DNA from: an uncultured bacterium
Lineage (GTDB): Bacteria > Babelota > Babeliae > Babelales > Babelaceae
NCBI GenBank assembly: GCA_963819815.1
Contig: CAWFXL010000001.1
Coordinates: forward strand, 448,001-512,000
Direction: 5' to 3'
DNA: 64,000 nt
Shown: positions 38,356 to 48,352 of the stretch, piece by piece
How the letters are laid out: each line of letters begins with the position of its first letter
Numbering within the stretch: position 1 is the stretch's first letter
Notes under the pieces: model-generated
The model's input: the letters and a program-made list of their open reading frames with translations, nothing else
What the model was told of the DNA's origin: nothing
Database searches by the model: none
Position numbers and translations under genes: made by a program

Positions 38356-40548
38356 ATGAAACAACTATTTCTCCTCGGACTGCTTGCTTTAGGGAGCTAC
38401 GGATATACGTGTGGATCGGCGGTCACAACTAGATCTCACGAGACAATAACAGCCTTATGTGAGGCCGTCAGAGCAAATGATGTAGCAGTCGTCAGAAGCC
38501 TTTTAGAGGCTGGAGCTGCTCTCGACACGCAAGGACCTGATGGGTTAGCGCCCTTGCATATTGCAGCTCGAAAAAGCTCTATTGAATGTGCCAACCTTCT
38601 GTTTGAACACAGAGCAAGCGCCGATCTTATTTCAGCAACCGGTAAAAACGCCTTAGCCTATGCCATCGAAGAAGGTACTCCTGAATGTGTTTCACTATTT
38701 ATAAAAGGAGGAGACCCGGCTCCGGATATAAATTTTGGTATGGCTCAAATACTTTTTAGGCGACTATACCAGTATGTAAAAGCAGAAAATTTTGAGCTTG
38801 CAGCGAAATGGTCGCATTCTCATCCAGATATTCTTTTACTTGGAGCCATTCTAAGCGACGCTTCTTACTCTGTTAGAACGTTAATTACCCATTTTGGCGC
38901 AAAGCCTAATGCATGCTTACAGGGAGTTACCGCACTTATATTAGCTTTATCTCGAAATGATACTAAGATTCTGAAGGCTCTTATTAGTTCGGGCGCAAAT
39001 GTGCATGAAAAATCCAATGGTTATGCGTTTGGCTATGATGACATTCAGAATAGTATGATCCCTTTTTCATCTTCATTGGGCCATGGTACTCAAGAAATTC
39101 AGTACCCTTTCAGAAAACATTCTCCTCTATTTTTTGCTTGCATGAATGGTCAGCTGCAAGCTGTTGAGCTCTTTCTTAAAGCCGGTGCTGATGTTAATCA
39201 GCATAGCACGAGAAGCCCCCTTTGGGCCGCCTGTTTACAAGGAAATCCAGCACTCGTATCTCTTCTTATTGAAGCTGGAGCAGATCTTGATGAAGGCGCT
39301 CTTCTGGTTGCCTGTGAAAGATATATAACGAGCGATAAACCATCCGCAGAATCCGGGCATTTTGCGTGTGTTACTCAACTCCTTGATGCTGGCTCCAATC
39401 CACAAGTGCTTCTTAGAATAACCTTATGTAATAGGCATCATAGTTTACTTGAATATCTCTTAGCAAGGGGCGCTAACGCTAATAGTTCAATCATGTGTCC
39501 TACCGAACTTATGAGCCTCATCAACTTTGCACTTTTTAAGCGAGATGCTCTATCTTATGCGATATTGCGAAGAAATGGTGCACGTATAGATGAACGATCT
39601 TTAACCTACGCCATTGATGCCCAGCTCGATGCGATTGCTCAAGAACTTCTAGAGGAGGGTATGCCCCTACAAAAAAAAGATCATGCTTTGCATAAAGTAG
39701 CCCAACGGGGCTCTGCACATTTAGTAGCAAAGCTTCTGAAACGTGGAGTTCCTGTAAATCAGCTCTACAAAGACTCAAGACTCCAGACAAATTTGCCGAC
39801 AGCTAATGAATTAGGTTTCGCACTGCAATCTCACTCTTCAGAATCTGTACGACTCCTTCTTGAAGCTGGTTCTGATCCACGATCAGTCATGGACCCTGGT
39901 GAAGCTCCCTACGTAAAGAAGCCTGTTAATGCGTTAGAATTTGCGCTTAAAAGAAATCCACTTGCTTTGATAATGCCGCAACCAATACCGCTCCCAAATA
40001 TTAAAGAGTTGATTAAACAAAGCTTTCGAATATTTAGGCCGACGCTTGAAGACTCTGTGGTGGCACGTAAAGTACTCTGGTCAACGCTTCGATTGTTGAG
40101 AAAAAATGATATACCCCTCTTTTGCGTGATAGCAATATGTAGGGAAAACGACGCCATGCAAAGACGACTCATCGATGTATGCCTGAGCGATTTAAATGAT
40201 GATCAACGGTTTGCGCCTCATCGATTACGTATGTCTTTAGATATTTGCGATACCAAAAAAGCACCGATTAGATATCTCGAAGGACTTATCGCTTCAACAC
40301 AACATTTTAAAGACTATGATCATGAGCAGTTCACCCTACAAACTCGAGCTAAACCATTTGTTATTGAATATCTCTTTGAAAAAGTCATGGCCTGCGCGGC
40401 AAAACTTTTGCCTGATGCCTACGATGTAGTAAAACCACTCTTTACGACAGAAGAAGGACAGCAAGAGATTAGAGCTCTTATAGAACAAGGTGTTAATGAG
40501 GCCTTTGAAAAAATGCTTATCACAAATCGTAACCACTGCACGTTATAA
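38356..40548 (+). CDS. Secreted ankyrin repeat protein with shared family C-terminal domain
   Basis: AAGGA RBS; inverted paralog of 25528 (GPDGLAPLH, YAIEEGTPE, RSPLWAAC, LFTTEEGQQEIR). Confidence 0.92.
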   Translation: MKQLFLLGLLALGSYGYTCGSAVTTRSHETITALCEAVRANDVAVVRSLLEAGAALDTQGPDGLAPLHIAARKSSIECANLLFEHRASADLISATGKNALAYAIEEGTPECVSLFIKGGDPAPDINFGMAQILFRRLYQYVKAENFELAAKWSHSHPDILLLGAILSDASYSVRTLITHFGAKPNACLQGVTALILALSRNDTKILKALISSGANVHEKSNGYAFGYDDIQNSMIPFSSSLGHGTQEIQYPFRKHSPLFFACMNGQLQAVELFLKAGADVNQHSTRSPLWAACLQGNPALVSLLIEAGADLDEGALLVACERYITSDKPSAESGHFACVTQLLDAGSNPQVLLRITLCNRHHSLLEYLLARGANANSSIMCPTELMSLINFALFKRDALSYAILRRNGARIDERSLTYAIDAQLDAIAQELLEEGMPLQKKDHALHKVAQRGSAHLVAKLLKRGVPVNQLYKDSRLQTNLPTANELGFALQSHSSESVRLLLEAGSDPRSVMDPGEAPYVKKPVNALEFALKRNPLALIMPQPIPLPNIKELIKQSFRIFRPTLEDSVVARKVLWSTLRLLRKNDIPLFCVIAICRENDAMQRRLIDVCLSDLNDDQRFAPHRLRMSLDICDTKKAPIRYLEGLIASTQHFKDYDHEQFTLQTRAKPFVIEYLFEKVMACAAKLLPDAYDVVKPLFTTEEGQQEIRALIEQGVNEAFEKMLITNRNHCTL

Positions 40549-40676
40549 AAGGTCGAGGGAGATCGCCAGCTCTAGTAGGGGCTCTTACAAAGAAAATTTT
40601 TCAGAAAAATGTTGGCACTTTATTTTATTTAGTCGTATAATAAAAAGCAATAAGTCAAGTCTTGAAAGGACAATTC

Positions 40677-41063
40677 ATGATAAAGATCATAAAAAATGTA
40701 TTATTTGCAGCGTTAATGTGTTTGAGTGCACATGCAAGTCTCAATGCAATGACTGTGGATTCACATAAAGCTGCAGAAAGGTATTTCAGAAATGAAATGA
40801 GGCACGAAGAGCTCATGCATCAGATCGAAGAAGCAAAGGAATATCTTATGCTCTTAGAAGACGAAATAAAAAGTGCTCCGAGTATTACCGCTGCACCGGG
40901 AAATGAGTTCATTCGCGAAGCTTATTATAAGGACCTTTTAAAAAGCAAAGAAAGCCAACTAAGTCACCTAGTGGTATTGCAAAAGGAGCTTGCGGATGTT
41001 GAACTTCAACTTAATGAAGATAGGCCTTATGCACGACCAAAATGGGATGCGGAGCTATTTTAA
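40677..41063 (+). CDS. Small secreted coiled-coil protein
   Basis: ATG 40677 with AAGGA RBS; signal ending SLNA-M; heptad-like helices. Confidence 0.8.
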   Translation: MIKIIKNVLFAALMCLSAHASLNAMTVDSHKAAERYFRNEMRHEELMHQIEEAKEYLMLLEDEIKSAPSITAAPGNEFIREAYYKDLLKSKESQLSHLVVLQKELADVELQLNEDRPYARPKWDAELF

Positions 41064-41327
41064 GAAGTAATTGCATGTCACCGCCCACTGCTTCGACCAC
41101 CAGCAGATACTCGAGCCTATTTGGAAGCATTTGAATAGGTTGCGTCAATTTTCATTTCGATGAAGTCTTTTTGTATTTGATGGTTCATTGATTATCTTAA
41201 TTTTTTTAGTTCTCATTCGTGCACAAATACATCTTGAAGAGGGTAATTCTAGCACTTGCGTTATAACCTGAAAAAAGTATTGTCTGAAAGGTAAGAGATT
41301 GACGCACTATGGTTTGATAGGTTTAGT

Positions 41328-42527
41328 ATGAGTCTCTGTTATTCGTCCGTCTTTTCATCATTACTGATAATATGGTGCAACCTGAATGGTACGCCTTACA
41401 AAATTGATACTGCAGTAACACCACAGGGCACCATCATCCATTTCATAAGCGAACACCATGAGCTGAATGATAACAGTACCATTATTGATGCGTTTTTTTC
41501 ACTCGTTAGCAAGGGTAATGGTTATCGCCTCTTTGTTGAACGAGGAGATTTTGCCCTCTCAAAAAATGATCATCCGCTCTCTAGAGATCTCCTTGGAGCT
41601 GTTTTTCTTCGATCAAATGAACTTAACAGATCAACGTTGTATGATATAGAAACACGAAAAACAACACGAACCGCGCGCTATCTATTAACAAGAGAATTAA
41701 AAGAGCTCGAAGAAATTGCCGCTCTTTTTCAAAGCACTACTGAATCATCGCTTACCGCAGAATCATTACAGTTTAAAAAACATTTAGAGAAGACTTTCGG
41801 GAATGACTTGGCCTTTATTACCTTTCAGGATGTTATTGATGAACTTACTAATCTGCTTGAGTGGCAAAAAGAAATACATGGTAAGCGGTCATGGAAGGAT
41901 TATTTCCATCTACAGACCATCTCCAAGTCCCTAGTAGGACTTCGCATGCTCCTTGATGAACATAACATCATACCATCTGAAGGAATTTTGACCTTTGCTC
42001 TAATTACTCGTAGGAATTTTGAATGTTTTCAGGAAGCACTCTCTATCTCTGGACGGTTTGTTTCAATAGAGGTCCTCACAAAACAACGCAAGGGGTATTC
42101 TTTTTTAAGGGAGCACCTTCCTTGGCTGATATGGAAACTAAGTTGGGATGTTTTTGATCTAATACTTAATGACAAAATTATGGAAATATGGGCAAGCCCG
42201 CTTGATACACCAGTTATTGTCATAGCTGGGGGAGAGCATATTAATGTCATTGTAGAGAATCTAAAAAAATATTGCGGCGCCGTTGTTTGCACCACCGTAG
42301 CAGAAACCATTTCTACAGCGGAAAGTAAACCAAAGCATTCCGTTACCAAAAAACAACTCTCTGCCTTACCGCATGAGCGGTTCGAGCTCAAATATTTTGA
42401 TGAGTTACCCTTAGAGCCCCAGCACCTTGCCCTTCTTGAACAGCCTGCATCATACTTTCAATTCTTTCCTCGAGGAGATAATTCATTTTCGCTTAAAAAA
42501 GCTCTCTCGCCCATCCTCAGCTTTTAA
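41328..42527 (+). CDS. Secreted protein, possible TIKI/EreA/ChaN-like hydrolase fold
   Basis: 399 aa; signal; motif order IHFISEHH, RLFVER, DIETR, VIVIAGGEH. The ORF is solid; the fold call is tentative. Confidence 0.55.
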   Translation: MSLCYSSVFSSLLIIWCNLNGTPYKIDTAVTPQGTIIHFISEHHELNDNSTIIDAFFSLVSKGNGYRLFVERGDFALSKNDHPLSRDLLGAVFLRSNELNRSTLYDIETRKTTRTARYLLTRELKELEEIAALFQSTTESSLTAESLQFKKHLEKTFGNDLAFITFQDVIDELTNLLEWQKEIHGKRSWKDYFHLQTISKSLVGLRMLLDEHNIIPSEGILTFALITRRNFECFQEALSISGRFVSIEVLTKQRKGYSFLREHLPWLIWKLSWDVFDLILNDKIMEIWASPLDTPVIVIAGGEHINVIVENLKKYCGAVVCTTVAETISTAESKPKHSVTKKQLSALPHERFELKYFDELPLEPQHLALLEQPASYFQFFPRGDNSFSLKKALSPILSF

Positions 42528-42603
42528 TATTCGCATCAGAAGCTTTTTCCTGCTCTAGGATTGTATTTTATAATAGAAGGCTTTTCGTAAAGTCTTCCTT
42601 ATC

Positions 42604-43725
42604 TTAACTAAAGAACTTAAGGCGAGAATCACTATCTAACTGCACTAATTTATTAAAGAGAAAGTCAAAAGCCTCTTTTCTATGTGCTCGTGCTGCAATC
42701 TGCAACGATGTATATCCAAGATCATCTTTTGCCTCTAGCTGAGCACCACCGCTCAGCAACACTTCTAATGCATGCTTATGTCCGGCAAAAGCTGCAGCAT
42801 GCAAAGCTGTATAACCCTGAATATTTTTTGCGTTTACGTCAGCTCCCCTGTCAAGCAAGGTCCATATTAAATCTCTATTACCGAAATAAGTTGCGTGCAA
42901 CAAAGGAGTATCACCCGTAATATTTTTTGCGTTTATGTCAGCGCCTCTATCAAGCAGGATGAGGAGCGCATCTTTGTGGTTATTCGAAGCTGCAAGATGT
43001 AGTGATGTATTACCCTTATTAGTTTTTGCCTCCACGCTAGCTCCTCGATCAAGCAGAATCGTCAGTGCATCTCTATGACCCTTTGAAGTCGCAATATGCA
43101 GTGCTGTATTACCCTCATTATCTCTTGCTTCTATATCAGCTCCTCTATCAAGCAACATTTCTATTGCATCTTTATGGCCACCAAAGGCTGCAGCATGCAA
43201 TGCAGTCTGCCCCTTTTTATTTTCTGTGGCTACATGAGCTCCTCTATCAAGCAGGATTATGAGCCCATCTATAAAACCATATAAGGCCGCATAAAACAAT
43301 GCTGTAGCACCATCATTATCCTTTGCTTCAACATTTGTACCTCTTGCAAGTAATAGTTCCAAGGCCTCTCTTTTTTTAAGATTGACGGCGAGATGCAATG
43401 GAGAAGCGCCAATCATCCTTTCTCTCATAAAACGATCCCAAGCGGCACTAGGTGTTCCTGCCAGGTACTGTTCCAATACCATGGTGCTAATTTTTTCTGA
43501 TACTGATGCATTTGAGCCGTAGAGCTCGCGTACCCGTTTACCTAGGTCGATTGAACTATTGTCCAAAGATGATAAGAGAATTTCTGGAGTAAATATATTG
43601 TTTACATGTTTCTGAGAAGATTCTTTTGCCGTAGCCATTTCTTTCGTATTGGTGTGCATCCCGAGAAGAAATTGCGTACCGAGAATACACGATAGACCTA
43701 TCCAAACACAATTTATAGTTGCCAT
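42604..43725 (-). CDS. Secreted ankyrin repeat protein (about 7-8 homogeneous 33-aa repeats)
   Basis: GGAGG RBS; repeating LLDRGA.xEAK.N.G.TALH.AA. Confidence 0.93.
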   Translation of the reverse strand: MATINCVWIGLSCILGTQFLLGMHTNTKEMATAKESSQKHVNNIFTPEILLSSLDNSSIDLGKRVRELYGSNASVSEKISTMVLEQYLAGTPSAAWDRFMRERMIGASPLHLAVNLKKREALELLLARGTNVEAKDNDGATALFYAALYGFIDGLIILLDRGAHVATENKKGQTALHAAAFGGHKDAIEMLLDRGADIEARDNEGNTALHIATSKGHRDALTILLDRGASVEAKTNKGNTSLHLAASNNHKDALLILLDRGADINAKNITGDTPLLHATYFGNRDLIWTLLDRGADVNAKNIQGYTALHAAAFAGHKHALEVLLSGGAQLEAKDDLGYTSLQIAARAHRKEAFDFLFNKLVQLDSDSRLKFFS

Positions 43726-43791
43726 TTGAGCCTCCAGTAGTATCTAATATCTATTTACTATATGTATTTATTAATTGAAGTAAGTGCTTTA

Positions 43792-43820
43792 ATAATACCT
43801 AAAAGTTTTCAACTTGTCAA
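43792..43820 (-). promoter_or_regulatory. Putative sigma70-type promoter of 42604..43725
   Basis: Minus strand TTGACA-17 nt-TATTAT, about 65 bp upstream of ATG. Confidence 0.6.
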
Positions 43821-43966
43821 TGGCTTGTGCGGATTCGGTTAGGCCCAAGGCATGCAAAAACCAAGGACTTGATATAGAAATTACCACCAAGAGGCACTTA
43901 TCGCGATAGGCGCCACTCAGATCGTAGAAATAGTGCTGATATTCAATGTTTTTTTCAGGGTACCAC

Positions 43967-46120
43967 TCAAGAGCTTTTACTCATCAAGGTTTTCTCAAGA
44001 GTACGATCAAACAAGAAGCTCGTACGTAATCCTCTAAGCAGCTCTAGGCAACGATTATTTTCGGTTGCCTCGGCAATTTTTATCTCTTCATCATAGATGG
44101 TATGAAAGAATGTGGTGAAAAGACTTCTTTCTTTTGGAGACAAGTTTTTATAGGTTAATGCCTCCAGAAGAAGCTTTTTTTTCTCTGGAGTGCAGGCTAA
44201 TGATTCAACATGACGTTGGGCGGTGATCTCTACATGATCTGGGAGTGTTGCGTCTGCCCCGTGGAGGATCATTTCAACAATGAGAGCTGCTACAACACTT
44301 ACGGGAATCTGTTTACCCTCTTTTTTTACTGCCCCATCACACATTCTCAATGCCCATTGAATTGCTGTTCTTTGTTTGCGTCGACTGCGAGCATTAATGG
44401 CCTGAAATCCCCTTTGAAGTACTTCTTTAACAAAGGGATAATTACCCACTATGCAGGCCCATGACACGGTTGTTTTACCTTCACCATCTTGAGCGTTTAC
44501 ATCAGCACCAGCATCAAGAAGGAGCTGAGCGACTTTCTGACTTTTCGCCCAGTGCAATGATGTTTTTCCTTGGGCATCGGCCTTGTTTGGCTGAGCGCCA
44601 TGGTCAAGGAGGATCGCAACGACTTCTATTGCGTCTTTATCGGCAGCCCAGGAAAGTGGCGTCTGCCCTTTTGCATCAGCCTTGTTGACCTGCGCGCCTT
44701 GCTGTATCAGAAATCGTACCGCATTAGGGTGAGAGTTTCCTGCTGCCCAACTAAGCGGTGTTCTTCCATCTTTCTGGCAACTATTAATATCAATACCTTG
44801 AGCGAGCAGCATTGCCATTATATCCATATCACCATTCCATGCAGCTTGGCTTAACGCGCGTATAAGATTTTTTGAGCTAACTCCCTTCGTAGCATTCAAG
44901 ACAGTTACTATGGCTACATGACCCTCTGCTGCTGCTACCGATGAAGCGGTTTTTCCATCCCTATCGCACAGATCTACGTGTGCTCGATGTTGAAGCAATA
45001 GCTCTACTGATGCAAGTACACCATGATACGCCGCCCATAAGAGAGGAGAAGCATTATTGCCATCGCAACGATTAACCTCAGCGCCAGCATCAATGAATAA
45101 TTGTAAGATATGAGGATGTTGAACTGCCCAATGGAGAGGGGTTTTACCATCCACGTCACACGTATCGAGTTTTACTTTGAGAAGCAGAAGATAGCGCACA
45201 ACATCTTCCCTATTTTTGTGCGCAGCCCAGGAAATAGCAGCCTGATCTTTCTTATCACGAGTATTGATGTTAGCGCCAGCCCCTACGAGAACTTTGCATA
45301 TCTCCAGATGCCCATTTGCTGCGGCCCACCAGAATGCCGTTTTCCCATTGGCATCCTTCCTATCACACTTCATTCCGCTTTTTAGAAGAAGTTTTACGGT
45401 GTCGCAATACCCTTCTCCCGCAGCTCTTTGTAAAGGATCGGTTTTATCATTGTCCGTTATTTCTTTAAGACTTGGTTCGTGAGTAATAATATAGTCAACG
45501 ATATCTGTATGGGCAACTGCCCAATGTAATAACGTCTTACCCTGGCCATCTCTTTTTGTAAGTGAAGCCCCATGTGTATGGAGTGCTTTCACCACAGCAC
45601 TATGACCGTTACTTGCAGCGAAACCTATAGCTCTGTTTCCCCGTTTGTCGCATTCATCGACGCGAGCACCATACCGAACAAGTAGTTCTACAGCTGCTAG
45701 CTGACCTGAATTGGCTGCCCAATGAATGAGTCGCACCATATTGTCATTGGTCTGAAGATTCGCTAATGATCGATCGTTACTCAATTCGCGCTCTAATATA
45801 TCGATTCTTCCTTTATTTGCGGCTCTCCATAAGGTTTTTTTAAGGGTATCATCTACCCGTAATAACGCCTGGTCTTCTGGGGTCAATTTTTGTGCGAGAT
45901 GTCTTGTTACTTGCTTCTTTGAAGAACTTTGAGCAGAAGATTTTAGTATCGTAGAAGAGCTGATATGGGCTGGCACAAGAGCTGTGGCAGAATTCTTAAC
46001 AACCTTGGAAGGTTCACTCTTGGCAACATCACACCAGCTCATCTTTTGACTCATGCCACTGCAATACCGTATTCCTACAACGAGTATGATAATACAAATC
46101 CTTGAAATTCTTGGTACCAT
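43967..46120 (-). CDS. Secreted ankyrin repeat protein (Trp-containing repeats)
   Basis: Signal ending CSG-M; repeats GKTPLHWA, GRTPLSWAA, GQTPLSWAA. Confidence 0.93.
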   Translation of the reverse strand: MVPRISRICIIILVVGIRYCSGMSQKMSWCDVAKSEPSKVVKNSATALVPAHISSSTILKSSAQSSSKKQVTRHLAQKLTPEDQALLRVDDTLKKTLWRAANKGRIDILERELSNDRSLANLQTNDNMVRLIHWAANSGQLAAVELLVRYGARVDECDKRGNRAIGFAASNGHSAVVKALHTHGASLTKRDGQGKTLLHWAVAHTDIVDYIITHEPSLKEITDNDKTDPLQRAAGEGYCDTVKLLLKSGMKCDRKDANGKTAFWWAAANGHLEICKVLVGAGANINTRDKKDQAAISWAAHKNREDVVRYLLLLKVKLDTCDVDGKTPLHWAVQHPHILQLFIDAGAEVNRCDGNNASPLLWAAYHGVLASVELLLQHRAHVDLCDRDGKTASSVAAAEGHVAIVTVLNATKGVSSKNLIRALSQAAWNGDMDIMAMLLAQGIDINSCQKDGRTPLSWAAGNSHPNAVRFLIQQGAQVNKADAKGQTPLSWAADKDAIEVVAILLDHGAQPNKADAQGKTSLHWAKSQKVAQLLLDAGADVNAQDGEGKTTVSWACIVGNYPFVKEVLQRGFQAINARSRRKQRTAIQWALRMCDGAVKKEGKQIPVSVVAALIVEMILHGADATLPDHVEITAQRHVESLACTPEKKKLLLEALTYKNLSPKERSLFTTFFHTIYDEEIKIAEATENNRCLELLRGLRTSFLFDRTLEKTLMSKSS

Positions 46121-46740
46121 AAAGCCCTCATATTTAGACCTTGAGAAAGACCGTAACTCAAGGTGAGTGTTCTGTAAGGAACTAAATGTAGCAAATTCTT
46201 GAGATTAATAAAATGTGGTTATTTGAATGAATGCTGAGCTGCTATGGGATGATTGATAGCTTTGCTTTTTTTCTCTTGCCCAGTCGAGCTCTTTACCTAT
46301 CGCTAGCTTGGGGTAACGTGCTGTAACTCACCTAGTAGAGAGCCAACCACATTTTCAAATCAAGTTCCGACGAGCTTTTTCCGTCTTTCACTTCCGAGCA
46401 AACCGAAAACTGCTTCTAGAAGTGTTCGGCTTGTAGGCGCTTCTGGGGGAGATGAGATAGAGTTGGTTGTGCTTTGTCTGAGCTGATTTTCACAGTATGC
46501 AAAGTCTCCAAGAGCGGGCTCAAAACGTTGTTTTGCAGGTATGCCCTCAGAGTAATAATTCCGATTAACCTGTGTTTCTCAGCCAAAGTGAGTCTGTTAC
46601 CAAAAGTATCCTTTACTTTTAATCGGAGTATCTCGCCGTGTAATAGGACTAAATAACTGAGATGTATCCTATAACAGGTATGCTGAATATAGCTAATAAC
46701 TGATGGTTCATAGATTACTGTGGTGTTAGTAATGATCCGT

Positions 46741-47961
46741 TCAAGCAGGGTACTTGGTATCAGTCTGGGCCACGCTTGTCTGAACTATTTCTGTTGAGGT
46801 TCTTGATACCGTCTGCTGCTCAAGATATGCTTTCCTTGCCGTAAAGAGAGCAACCGCAAGGACGGCATTACTCGAAGATGGCTTCCTGTTTAAAGCAAGA
46901 GAATTTGAAGTTTCGCCTTGGGGAGTTTTGAGTAGCGTATCAGCACCGAGCTCAGCTAGTCGTACCGCAAGAAGATCTAGCCCTTCCTGCACGGCCAGAT
47001 GTAAGGGCGTAACACCATCTTTATTCCGAACATCAAGTCCAGCACCATACTGTATTAACAATTCGCAGAGATCCTGAGCACCTAATCGCACTGCCAAATG
47101 TAATGCGCAATCTTCATTAGATAGTCGAGCATTTACCTGGCATTTCCGTTCCAGAAGGACCCTGGTGAATTCTTTATGGCCATGCTTCACTGCCATGAGA
47201 AGAGCTGTTATACGGTCTTCAGCTTGTGCCTCCTTATTAATGCCCCGTTCAATAAGAGTAATTGCAGTATCAACATGTCCTCCAATTGCTGCTTCGTGCA
47301 GCGCAGTATTTCCCCCTATCGTAATTCTTATCAAGGAGGCACCCTTACTGAGAAGATAGGCCACCACATCAGTATGTCCCCAACGTGCGGCCAGATGCAG
47401 AGGCGTACGTCCTGCACTTGTCACTGGGTCAACTGCACAGCCAGCATTTACTAAAGCCATACAAGCTTCGAGATTTCCCTTTTCAGCTGCGCAATGAAGG
47501 GCTCTTTCGCTTTTAAAATTCTGTTTCTCTTGAAGACTTGGATCATTTCTCATGAGATATAAAACGACGTCTGAATCACCCGATATTGCTGCCCAATGAA
47601 GTGGCGTACGCCCTCCTCTATCAGTAACATTGATGTGCGCTCCCCTTCTGATGAGATGCTTAACCAATGTAAAGTCGCCACTTTCTGCAGCACAATGAAG
47701 TGCAGTTTTGCCGGTGGGCCCATCAAATCCATTGATGTCAGCACCATCTGCTAAGAATTTGTCAATCTGCTGTCCCACGGCACGTTGAGTACCTAAGGAA
47801 CGAAGTCTTTCATTTGCAAGTAGTTTAACCTCTTGTTCCATTTCAAGATCGAATTTAGCTGCATGAGAGAGACGCGATCTTTTCTTGTAGGTGCTTGTAG
47901 ATGAGCCGGAGCAGTTCGTTGTGAGATACAGAGCTATAACGATACAATACGATAGTTTCAT
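46741..47961 (-). CDS. Secreted ankyrin repeat protein
   Basis: Start moved to MKLSYCIVIAL at 47961 (signal peptide); the longer ORF runs antisense into an IS110 remnant. GKTALHCAA, GRTPLHWAA, GRTPLHLAA; basic YKKRSR near the N-terminus. Confidence 0.9.
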   Translation of the reverse strand: MKLSYCIVIALYLTTNCSGSSTSTYKKRSRLSHAAKFDLEMEQEVKLLANERLRSLGTQRAVGQQIDKFLADGADINGFDGPTGKTALHCAAESGDFTLVKHLIRRGAHINVTDRGGRTPLHWAAISGDSDVVLYLMRNDPSLQEKQNFKSERALHCAAEKGNLEACMALVNAGCAVDPVTSAGRTPLHLAARWGHTDVVAYLLSKGASLIRITIGGNTALHEAAIGGHVDTAITLIERGINKEAQAEDRITALLMAVKHGHKEFTRVLLERKCQVNARLSNEDCALHLAVRLGAQDLCELLIQYGAGLDVRNKDGVTPLHLAVQEGLDLLAVRLAELGADTLLKTPQGETSNSLALNRKPSSSNAVLAVALFTARKAYLEQQTVSRTSTEIVQTSVAQTDTKYPA

Positions 47962-48100
47962 GTTTTTCTCGCGAGGTTTTTGGCACGTTTTCTTAGTCAG
48001 GCTAGTGTTCCATTGAACCTCTTTTTTGTCTATAAACCTAATCTTTATGCTCAGATGTGGGTAATGGGAAGATCTAAATCGAGGGCCTTGTATATTAAAA

Positions 48101-48352
48101 TTGAAGATTATCACCTCAATGGCTGAAGTTGGTAAAACAACAGCCAATGCTCTCTTAGCAAAAATGCCTAAGCTTGGCATAATAACTGATAAGCAAATAC
48201 CAGCCTTACTTGGTGTTGCTCCATTTGTTCGCCAAAGCGATGCCTATAAAGGTACTGCTTCCATCGAAGGAGGTCGGTCTGCGGTTCGCCATATCATTTA
48301 CATGGCAGCTATGGCATCAATACGTTATAATTCTGTTCTGAAAACTTTTTAT
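48101..48352 (+). mobile_element. IS110-family transposase fragment (IS116/IS110/IS902 C-terminal domain), pseudogene
   Basis: ITSMAEVGKTTANALLAKMPKLG..KQIPALLGVAPFVRQSDAYKG..IEGGRSAVRHIIYMAAMASIRYNSVLKTFY follows the family consensus; DEDD N-terminal domain absent. Confidence 0.88.

Noticed and set aside
46410..46670. Open minus-strand stretch with faint ankyrin-like residues (LLHG..VKDTFGN)
   Set aside because: No start codon context and too degenerate to call.
47990..48100. IS110 bridge RNA next to the transposase fragment
   Set aside because: Only an internal coding fragment remains; no element ends or structured RNA could be supported.
47962..48180. N-terminal extension of the 479-aa ORF (and similar extensions to 11149, 36339, 49275, 59253)
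   Set aside because: Downstream ATGs give proper signal peptides, mostly with an RBS; this extension is antisense to the IS110 remnant.
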